A stretch of 64,000 nt of DNA from an uncultured candidate division Zixibacteria bacterium (GTDB lineage: Bacteria > Zixibacteria > MSB-5A5 > GN15 > FEB-12), in the NCBI GenBank assembly GCA_963707365.1, contig CAVPPI010000004.1:981469-1045468 (forward strand). The letters run 5' to 3'. This document shows, in pieces, positions 42,156-50,014 of this stretch; the first letter of the stretch is position 1, and each line of letters starts with the position of its first letter. The notes under the pieces were generated by a model. That model did no database searches and was not told the DNA's origin. It saw nothing but the letters and a program-made list of their open reading frames with translations. The translations under genes were made by a program, and so were the position numbers.

Positions 42156-42633
42156 TTCAAATATTCCTTCTTATGTTAGACCCGTTGTAAGTAACTACCA
42201 GCACTTCGTGTATTATAGCCGTAACCAGAAACGAACCGTTAGTTGTTTCCGAATCCGGAATGTCAAAGTGGGCAATTTTCAAACTCAAAGATCTCATCTT
42301 CAAACACACACATTATGTGACTTTTTTCACAAACACTAATATATTAATATCGTCAACTTGTCAAGACATTTAGAACAAATTTGACGAATATGTCAGTTTT
42401 TTTTGATTGAAAGTCTATGTCCGGGTCCTCTTTGTGATTCCACATACGTAGTCGGTCTCCCTGCCCAGGCGGCCCTCCCTGGCACCGCACCGGGATCGAG
42501 CAGTTAATTCAGCCCGATTTAACCTCATAACCGACTATCACTTCTGGCGCTGCGGCGGCAGCTAAAGGCTCTTTTGTCTGTCTCCCTGCCTCGCCTTATC
42601 CTCAGCGTTGATTTTGTCCGGAGCAAACACTAC

Positions 42634-42662
42634 TTGACATTGACGGTCGCGAATGTTAGAAT
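42634..42662 (+). promoter_or_regulatory. near-consensus sigma70-type promoter for the plus-strand cytochrome trio
   Basis: TTGACA (42634-42639), a 17-nt spacer, then TAGAAT (42657-42662). It lies ~90 nt upstream of the ATG at 42753. Confidence 0.45.
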
Positions 42663-42752
42663 AAAACGGCTCAAACAATGACATTCCCCCCTTATGTAGC
42701 AGATAGGGCTTGTGATTTTTTTCACTATTTTACCGTAGGAAAAGGAGGTCCA

Positions 42753-44134
42753 ATGAATCTATCCCCGCAAACCAAAGACACCCCCGTCAGGAATTCAATT
42801 GTCTCTCTTCTATTTACGATAGGGACACTGCTGTGTCTGCTGACGACTGTATCCGCGGGCGAAGGCCCCATTGGGTCAAAGTCATATGATGATTACGACA
42901 CCCCGGACTATTGCGGAAGTTCCTGCCACACTGACTTCTATCAGCAGTGGCGGCAGGCCATGATGTCGCAGTCGTATACTCATCACTGGGATGAGATCGA
43001 GTACTTCAAACTGGCTATCCCCCACGCCGAAAAGGACCCGGTTGTCGCCGAGGTGAAAGCCGGATGTAACGGATGCCATGCCCCGATCTCCTTTCTTACC
43101 GGTGATGTTCCCCCCCGCGCCCCGAAGAGGGCAGCCGGGCTAACGAGGGTGTACAGTGCGACCTCTGCCACACAATTACCGGTCACGAGGGAGACACTCC
43201 GTTCAATTTCAATTTCATTTCCAGTCCCGGAAACGTGAAATATGGTCCCCGCACGGGCGACAACTCCCCGGCGCATGAAATGGCCCAATCCGATTTTCTG
43301 CACACGGCCGAATTCTGTGGCGCCTGTCACAACGAAAAAGACCCCTACGGTATATGGGTGAAATCGACTCACCTTGAATGGAAAGAGGGCCCCTATTCGG
43401 CCCAGGGTGTCATTTGTCAGGATTGCCACATGACCTACGCACCCGGCCAGAGCGCCTCTATGGGAACCGAGTACCCGGATGTCCGCCAGCACCTGTTCCA
43501 CGGCGCCCACGATCCGGGCAAGGTTCGTGGAACTATCGAACTGCGTATTCATCCGGATATTACCGAGGCGGAACCGGGCGAGCCGATCAAGTTTACGATT
43601 GCTCTGTTCAACCAGAAGACCGGGCATAAATTTCCAACCGGCTCGGTTGAGGATCGCATCGTGTGGATGCACGTTGAGGCGACCGATGCTGAAGGCAAAG
43701 TTTATCACCTTCCGGTCGATTTGAAAGGTTTCGAGGGCGAGGAGTATACTGTTGGCGCCGATGTGCTCGCCTATCAGGACATGGGCATCGCCCTCGGTGA
43801 TCCCAATTTCAAGGGCGTGCAGCGCGATGGTATCCCTGTCGGCGATCGCATATTCCGCATGCCTTATTTTGACCCACAGGGACGCATGACTATTCAACAG
43901 TGGAACACAAAGAGCCTTGGTGTGGATTACCGGCTTGGCCCCCGTGAGACCAAACTGGAAACGTGCACCTTCACTCTGCCGGACGACGCCGCCCCGGGAC
44001 CGATGACCGTCAAGGCCACCTTAAACTATCAGAAACTGGTGAAACCGGTGGCTGATTTTCTCGAGGTCCCCGAAGATGAAGCTGAAATCATAGTAGTTAA
44101 CGATCACTTTACTACAATAGAGGTCCTGCCATAA
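42753..44134 (+). CDS. secreted pentaheme c-type cytochrome (cytochrome c554/NrfA-like heme packing plus a C-terminal beta-rich domain), apparent frameshift in the C7 run at 43110-43116
   Basis: AAAGGAGG precedes the ATG at 42753, and a signal anchor (LLFTIGTLLCLLTTVSA) follows. After frame repair there are five CxxCH motifs: CGSSCH, CNGCH, CDLCH, CGACH and CQDCH. The second frame reads ...PPRPEEGSRANEGVQCDLCHTITGHEGD. Confidence 0.75.
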
Positions 44135-44151
44135 TCAAGGAGGAGGAGAAT

Positions 44152-45343
44152 ATGAAACAACCACTGAAATTGGTTCTCACAGCTGCAGATGGTATTCGGC
44201 ATCACTGCCGCCGCGCTGGTTGTACAGACCGATACGGCTAACGCCATCCCGGCTTTCGCTCGCAAATACTCCATGTCATGTACCACCTGCCACGCACCGT
44301 ATCCGCGGCTCAAAGACTACGGTGATGAGTTTGCCGGTAACGGCTTTACGCTCAAAGATCAGGACGCTCCCCGTTACTATCAGAAAACGGGCGATGAAGA
44401 TCTTGCCCTGATACGAGATCTTCCCTTTGCAATTCGCCTGGAAGGCTTCTTCAAACATCAGACCGAAACCGACAAAGACCTCGACTTCACCACACCGTAC
44501 AATGTCAAACTGCTGTCCGGAGGCGCCCTGTCGAAGAATATCGCCTATTACTTTTACTTTTTCTTCAGCGAGCGCGGCGATGTAGCCGGGCTTGAAGACG
44601 CTTTCCTGATGTTCAACAACGTCTTCAACAGCGAATTGGATATTTATGTCGGTCAGTTCCAGGTATCCGACCCGCTCTTCAAACGTGAACTGCGCCTGAC
44701 CTATGACGACTACCAGATCTATCGAACGACAGTGGGAGCCTCGGATATCAACCTGACTTATGATCGCGGTATCATGCTGACTTACGGATTCGAAAGCGGC
44801 ACCGATGTTATCGTCGAGGTTGTCAACGGTAACGGGTTGGTTGCCGCCGATGATTTCAGAACCTACGACAAGGACAAGTATAAAAACTTCGCAGGACGGA
44901 TATCTCAGGATATCGGCGCCTATGTCAGAATAGGCGGGTTCGGGTACTACGGCAAAGAAGCTCGCTTCGGCAACACCAACGAGGTCTGGATGCTGGCCCC
45001 TGATTTCACCGTCACGCCCAACGACAAACTTACGCTCAACGTGCAATATGTTGAGCGGAGTGATGACAACCCGAACCTTGTCTTGTTGAAACCTGATGAC
45101 GAAGTAAAGACCAGCGGTGCTTTCGCGGAACTGGTGTTCATGCCCGATGGTGAGCGCAGCAAGGTATATGCGGTCGGGCTCTACAACTGGGTCGACTCCG
45201 ACTTCGATGGCGAGGACTATGAGTCCCTCACCGGTCACGTAGGCTACCTGCTGCAAACAAACATCCGGCTGATAGCCGAAGACACTTACGATATTCAGAA
45301 CGAGGAAAATCGTTTTGTGGTCGGATTCATAGCGGCTTTCTAA
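44152..45343 (+). CDS. fused monoheme cytochrome - outer-membrane beta-barrel (Cyc2-like architecture); probable frameshift within the signal peptide (~44185-44190)
   Basis: AAGGAGGAGGAGAAT precedes the ATG at 44152 (MKQPLKLVLTAA). The frame then shifts to ...FGITAAALVVQTDTANA / IPAFARKYSMSCTTCHAPYPRL. There is a single CxxCH right after the cleavage site. About 350 aa of alternating beta-strand pattern follow, ending ...RFVVGFIAAF (terminal Phe). Confidence 0.6.
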
Positions 45344-45496
45344 GTCACACCGGTTTGTTCAAAAAATCAACAAGGGCGGCTTTCACAAGGCCGCCCTTTC
45401 AATTGTCGCACAGCAACTGCGGCATATTCCAGATAATTTCACTACTCATGTCCATTGAATGCGAAAATTTGTCACCCGGTTGCCGATACTATCTGT

Positions 45497-46285
45497 ATGC
45501 GCTACGTTTGCTGGGTCACAGCCACACTGTTCGCATTGGCGTTCGCCTTAACTGCGAAATTCACATTTCACGCTGACAGCGTTTCTTCGGGCGGGCGATT
45601 CGATGATCCTCATCGTGATATTCCGTGCACCGACTGTCATCCCCTGAGAGCCGACGTAAGCTCAGGCGGTCCGGTCAACCGGCAGTTCCGGCAACAGTGT
45701 GAGAAATGTCACGATCCCGGCGCCGCCAATCTGACAGGCATTCCTCTGAATTTCCACAACTCGCGCGAACGGTCATGTTCCGAATGCCACAGCTTTCACA
45801 ACACGGAACAGATATCTCTGGCAAACTCGAGTTTCCTGGTAAGCTTTGAAAACAGTTTCCAGAGGGGACAATGCTATTGTTGCCACGGACCGGGGGAAAA
45901 CATCAAGAGCCTGTCGCCGGGACACAGGGCCGCAGCGGCCATTTTCCATTCGGACTTCGCTGTTCTGGGAAGGCTGAGTTCTTCGCAAACGTGCTTGATA
46001 TGTCATTCCGATGCCAGTGCTCTTCCGGTCGGCGAAATTTCACAATACGCCAAAGGCGCCCCGCGTTTCAAAGAACACGGTAGTCACCCTGTCGGCGTGG
46101 AAGTCATTCCCGGCACCGGCAAACCCGGTAACGCCATCATCGATCCGATTGGCCACAAGATCCAACTTTTCAACAATCGCATGGAATGCTCAAGTTGCCA
46201 CTCACTCTCGGCGGGACACACGCCCTTCAGGCTGGTCTACCCCACCAGAAATGAGTTATGCCGGGCCTGTCATAAAATCGATTAG
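45497..46285 (+). CDS. secreted heptaheme c-type cytochrome
   Basis: The leader is MRYVCWVTATLFALAFALTA (the ORF track gives an alternative TTG at 45455). There are seven CxxCH motifs in ~235 mature residues: CTDCH, CEKCH, CSECH, CYCCH, CLICH, CSSCH and CRACH. Confidence 0.75.
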   Translation: MRYVCWVTATLFALAFALTAKFTFHADSVSSGGRFDDPHRDIPCTDCHPLRADVSSGGPVNRQFRQQCEKCHDPGAANLTGIPLNFHNSRERSCSECHSFHNTEQISLANSSFLVSFENSFQRGQCYCCHGPGENIKSLSPGHRAAAAIFHSDFAVLGRLSSSQTCLICHSDASALPVGEISQYAKGAPRFKEHGSHPVGVEVIPGTGKPGNAIIDPIGHKIQLFNNRMECSSCHSLSAGHTPFRLVYPTRNELCRACHKID

Positions 46286-46320
46286 CCCTTATCTTCTCTA
46301 AGGCAAAAAACCTCACAAAA

Positions 46321-46347
46321 AAGAGGAGAGCTTTTGGCTCTCCTCTT
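46321..46347 (-). terminator. intrinsic terminator of the OmcS-like gene (the hairpin is shared by the convergent genes)
   Basis: A perfect 11-bp stem aagaggagagc/gctctcctctt encloses a 5-nt loop. On the minus strand it is followed by TTTTTTGTG. It begins 34 nt after the stop at 46381. Confidence 0.6.
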
Positions 46348-46380
46348 AGTGAGGGATGCAATCTGAAAATTCAGATTACA

Positions 46381-47436
46381 TTAACCACCTTGTACGTGAC
46401 ACTGATTACATACTTCCTGATAACGAGTGCCGTCGCCGTTCTCGCCCCAGTTGGCCGCACCGGTCGCCCAGATAATGCCGAAAGCATTCTGGTTACCGTG
46501 GGCTTTGTGGCAAGACATACAGCTCGGGGTCAGATCAGCAGGAGCGCCGGTCCATGGCGTTCCCCAGTCACCCCAGTCACCGGTCGCACTCATCACCTGA
46601 ACGCGGTAGGCGCGTCCGGAGAACGTAGCGGTGCTCGAGTGACCACCCGTTATGGCGCCAATATTGGCGTCTGCGGTCGGGTGACGATACCATTCGGTCT
46701 GGGTCGGAGCAGCGGCGTTTCTCATGTTAGCGTCGGCTGACGTACCATGGAAATCCGTGTGACAGCCCTGACACCAGGCACCGTAAGCCGAGCCGGTCGG
46801 ATCCGGTTCGTTGAAGAACACGTTCTGAATGTCATAGTGGTCGCCACCAAAGGCGGCCGACGCTTCATAGATGTCCTTCGTCAGGTCATTGGTTCCAACA
46901 GCGTAGCTCAGACCGGGGCCTGATACTCCGCCTGCGGCATAAAGCACATTGCGATAGGGATTGTTGCCCGCGGCAACGAATCCACCATAACCGTGTTGCT
47001 GGTGACAGTCAACGCAACTGAGACCATCGGCGTTGGCGAAAGTACCCCCCGGGGCAACATCCGTCGAACCGAGAGTGTGACCCGTCGCATCGAAATACGG
47101 GGCCGTGTTATCACGGTTCAGGGCGCCTGCCTGGCGGCCGTTCGTCGGAACATTACCGCCATTGGCAGCCAGCACGTCAGGAGCGAATGTCTGATTGTCG
47201 TGACAGGCTAAACAGAGATTGTTTATCTCGTCACGCAACAGAAAATGATACGGACCTGAAGCACCGAGGCCGACCGTGATGCCGGTACCATCGGAATTGT
47301 ACCCGTGAGTCTGACTGTAGTGCATCACGTGGCACTCAGCACAGTTGAGCGATGCACCCGTATGGTAATCGCCGGCAATTGCGCTGGAGGCAAGAAGCGC
47401 GAACGCCGCGATTCCTACCAGGATGAGTTTCTTCAT
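46381..47436 (-). CDS. OmcS-family hexaheme c-type cytochrome (candidate nanowire-forming cytochrome)
   Basis: GGAGG sits 8 nt before the ATG at 47436. The leader is MKKLILVGIAAFALLASSAIA. There are six CxxCH motifs. Motif-for-motif, the order matches my recollection of G. sulfurreducens OmcS: YHTGASLNCAECHVMHYS, LL..x7..CLACH, GH...APGGTF...CVDCHQQHG, AWCQGCHTDFH...RHP, CMSCHKAHG and a C-terminal CNQCH. Confidence 0.75.
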   Translation of the reverse strand: MKKLILVGIAAFALLASSAIAGDYHTGASLNCAECHVMHYSQTHGYNSDGTGITVGLGASGPYHFLLRDEINNLCLACHDNQTFAPDVLAANGGNVPTNGRQAGALNRDNTAPYFDATGHTLGSTDVAPGGTFANADGLSCVDCHQQHGYGGFVAAGNNPYRNVLYAAGGVSGPGLSYAVGTNDLTKDIYEASAAFGGDHYDIQNVFFNEPDPTGSAYGAWCQGCHTDFHGTSADANMRNAAAPTQTEWYRHPTADANIGAITGGHSSTATFSGRAYRVQVMSATGDWGDWGTPWTGAPADLTPSCMSCHKAHGNQNAFGIIWATGAANWGENGDGTRYQEVCNQCHVQGG

Positions 47437-47560
47437 GAGTTTGACCTCCATACCTTTGCTCTTAAAAAGTTAAACTCGTTGAATTATGGTTAATAAGGCT
47501 TAGTTCTGAAAAATGAGAATACGTTTCAGGACGACCAAACTCCCCGAAAGGAGCACAGCA

Positions 47561-47576
47561 TGTGAGAAATTTCACA
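47561..47576. promoter_or_regulatory. perfect CRP/FNR-type palindrome TGTGA-N6-TCACA in the leader of the OmcS-like gene
   Basis: The sequence is TGTGAGAAATTTCACA, centred ~132 nt upstream of the ATG at 47436. Both half-sites match the CRP-family consensus exactly. Confidence 0.4.
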
Positions 47577-47658
47577 AGCGTCAATTTTGATTGTCCGGTC
47601 TTTGTTAGCCCCTTTTTAGTCATGTTGTCTGCGTCCTAGCTACCAACGTGGTAATATA

Positions 47659-47674
47659 TCACAATACCTTGTGA
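47659..47674. promoter_or_regulatory. second 16-bp inverted repeat, TCACA-N6-TGTGA
   Basis: The sequence is TCACAATACCTTGTGA, centred 98 bp upstream of the first palindrome. The half-sites are in swapped order. A weak TTGACA-17-TACCTT promoter candidate lies at 47697-47725. Confidence 0.3.
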
Positions 47675-47833
47675 AAAAAGTATCTTTACCTGCGAAAAGG
47701 TAATAAAAACGGTCTTATTTGTCAAGTGCTTTGTGTGGAATTTTTTGCAGGAATCTGTTGTGCGGATGCAAGTTGCCATTTTTACGTATGCTCCATAGGT
47801 GTAACTATAAAGAATACGTAAGGTTAGGCGAAT

Positions 47834-48860
47834 TCATTTGGTCTCAAAACGCTGGATTCGACTGCCTATTCGCTCTACGATAAAGAAAACTGAGTCATTT
47901 GCCGCCGCGATATCGGCCGGATATCGGAATTCACCGGGGCTAATACCATATCCCCCAACTATTTCACGAAATGTCCCGGAGCTGTCAAAGACTTTTACCA
48001 CCTGCCGAAGGCCATCGGCGACCCAAATGGCTGGCCGCCCTTCCCTATCGGACATAATCTCTATTCCGGACGGAAACGACACGTCGCCGCGCTCAATCTG
48101 ATGACCGCTGAATCCATATAGAAAAGCACCATTGGTATCGAATACTTTGATTGCCGGTTCAGCGTACAGGTCTGTCACGAACAAACGATCCCGCCAGATC
48201 TGAATTCCCAGAGGAGTATTGAACTCAGAAGGTCCCCCGCCTTTTTGACCGATAGTCCTTTTCGAGTTCAAAATACTCATCAAGCACCATTATGGTGACA
48301 ATATCGCCGGTCGTTATGACGTAGAGATTGTCCTCGCTGTCGATAGCGAGGCTCTGCGGCTTTATCGTCAGGGAGGTGTCGCCATAAAGCGTGTTCAGGT
48401 ATACTTTTTGAAGCGATTTGCCCCTGAAATCGAGCACATCCAGATAATCCGCAAGGTTGTCGGAGAGGATTATCTCCCCCAGCTTGTTTACTGCCAGATC
48501 GCGTGGTTCTCCTTTGATCAGTCGACCGGACCGCTGCTCGATAACAAAGTGCTCGAACGAGTATTTGGGGTTGAGCAACTTATCGTATATGACCACCCGG
48601 CCATTGCCGGCATCGGTGACAAAAAGTTCATCGGCCGATTTATCGAAAAAGAGGGAACCGGGGCTGCGAAGGTTCTTCTGCCAACCGTCATCAAAGGCAA
48701 TTGCGGTAATATTGAAGTCGAGGGCCGGTGGTGTGTCCTGTGCTGCAACCGCCACAGGAGATGCCAGACAAAGAAGCAACGAGGCAATAACCACGGGCGC
48801 GACTTTGCGAATCTCAGTTCTTTGAAAACAGATCGGAGAGTTCACTAACGGCATCCTCAA
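47834..48860 (-). CDS. secreted NHL-repeat beta-propeller protein, one apparent frameshift near 48230-48280
   Basis: The signal peptide is VVIASLLLCLASPVAVAAQD. Repeated NHL-type blades include LFVTDAGNGRVVIYD, LAVNKLGEIILSD and LFVTDLYAEPAIKVFD. ORFs 48225-48860 and 47834-48283 are consecutive parts of one gene. Confidence 0.7.
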
Positions 48861-49404
48861 CCATCTTTTTGGCCAGGTTATCGGCCGACCTCACGGCGCC
48901 GATACCGAAGGCAATTTCCCCCTTGTCGCCACGACCGTTGGAATTGGCCACCCATACGGTTTTTTTCGTAGCACAATCGATCAGGCGGCAATTGAACGCA
49001 ACTTCGGGCACCCGTCCCAAAAAGCTGTTATCATATTCTTCATACTCAATCGCAGCTCCTGTCAACAGAAGATCAACACCGAGACTGGCAGCGAGGCTGT
49101 CAATCTGAGCATCGGAAAGCAGCGACGAAGATCTGATTCTGAATTGTCTGAGGCTTTCGTACAATTGGCCGAATTCCACAGTCTCAAACCGGCTCTGTCC
49201 GGCCATGGCGTTCAGAAAATAATCGGTTAGTTTTTCGGCAGCCTTTTCCCTTCCGCTAAGATTCTCAAACGGCAAAACGGCTACTCGAGATGTGGAAGGC
49301 AACTGACTGTCGATGCGTCTTTTGGCCGTCAGATTTGACGCACATCCGGTCAGCATCAATATTATCAGTCCTATCGGAATTGTCCGTGTCAGAATATGGA
49401 ACAT
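48814..49404 (-). CDS. lipoprotein (LpoB/TolB-N-like, VAVLPFENLSG motif)
   Basis: The ATG at 49404 opens MFHILTRTIPIGLIILMLTGCAS, which contains a lipobox L-T-G-C. The VAVLPFENLSGREKAAEKLTDYF motif resembles small periplasmic-face OM lipoproteins. Confidence 0.6.
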   Translation of the reverse strand: MFHILTRTIPIGLIILMLTGCASNLTAKRRIDSQLPSTSRVAVLPFENLSGREKAAEKLTDYFLNAMAGQSRFETVEFGQLYESLRQFRIRSSSLLSDAQIDSLAASLGVDLLLTGAAIEYEEYDNSFLGRVPEVAFNCRLIDCATKKTVWVANSNGRGDKGEIAFGIGAVRSADNLAKKMVEDAVSELSDLFSKN

Positions 49405-49408
49405 ACCG

Positions 49409-50014
49409 TTACCTCGATACTCTGCCGAATGATTCGGCCACTTCATGACACACTTTCGTAGTCATCGCGCCCAGCGTATGGGTTTCCCCGAAGGAAAAGA
49501 CAGGAAACTTGGGACCACCCTTGCGGGTGGTTTCATAGCTCCAGACTACCCGGCCGGTCTGGCAGTCGATAAAACGGACAATCACCGCCACCAGAGGGAA
49601 TTCGTCCTGACCTGAACGCACCATCGTGAAGTCTTTAACGGCGCCCACGAATATGCCCTCGACTTGCGCCTGTTCACCGATAGCCATAGCCTGTTCGCTG
49701 GTCAGTTCATCCAGCGCGTTTACCATATCCTGTTTGACTACCGCCTTAACCACCTTCTCGACATCACCCATGTTGGCCACGGAAACCGTATTGAGCATAA
49801 GCAATTCGGTCACGAAGCTGGAGGTCACTTTGTCGGAAGCATTCTTGTCGGTGGTCAGATTTGAAAACGGCACGACCGCGACGCGCGAATAGAAGCCAAA
49901 ATCGGCCTCGTCGTTGACATACATCCGGTTGCTGCCGCACGATGCGAGCGTTAACAGAAAACCGAAAGCAAGAAAGAGCTTGAGCTTTAACATAGCATTA
50001 CCTGTTTTTTTCAT
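49409..50014 (-). CDS. lipoprotein, paralog-like to the downstream one (VAVVPFSNLT motif; DUF799-like)
   Basis: The lipobox is LTLASCGS. It shares the motif VAVVPFSNLTTDKNASDKVTSSF and the GxxIEG/LLTGAV-type pattern with the 48814-49404 protein. It overlaps the barrel gene stop by 4 nt. Confidence 0.6.
   Translation of the reverse strand: MKKTGNAMLKLKLFLAFGFLLTLASCGSNRMYVNDEADFGFYSRVAVVPFSNLTTDKNASDKVTSSFVTELLMLNTVSVANMGDVEKVVKAVVKQDMVNALDELTSEQAMAIGEQAQVEGIFVGAVKDFTMVRSGQDEFPLVAVIVRFIDCQTGRVVWSYETTRKGGPKFPVFSFGETHTLGAMTTKVCHEVAESFGRVSR

Noticed and set aside
42983-45256. Long minus-strand ORFs of 304 aa (42983-43897) and 326 aa (44276-45256).
   Set aside because: They lie antisense to the pentaheme and heme-barrel genes. 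Those genes have RBSs, signal peptides and heme/barrel motifs, whereas the antisense translations have none.
45355-45576. A 73-aa ORF between the barrel gene and the heptaheme gene.
   Set aside because: It overlaps the heptaheme signal-peptide region in another frame, has no RBS and has no recognisable features.
47437-47833. A GEMM-I (c-di-GMP / cGAMP) riboswitch in the OmcS-like leader, by analogy with Geobacter exoelectrogenesis genes.
   Set aside because: Read by eye, only a 7-nt GGACGCA match to the conserved core is present. The GGCAAACC element, GNRA loop/receptor pairing and P2 stem were not found. A covariance-model scan would be needed to revisit this.
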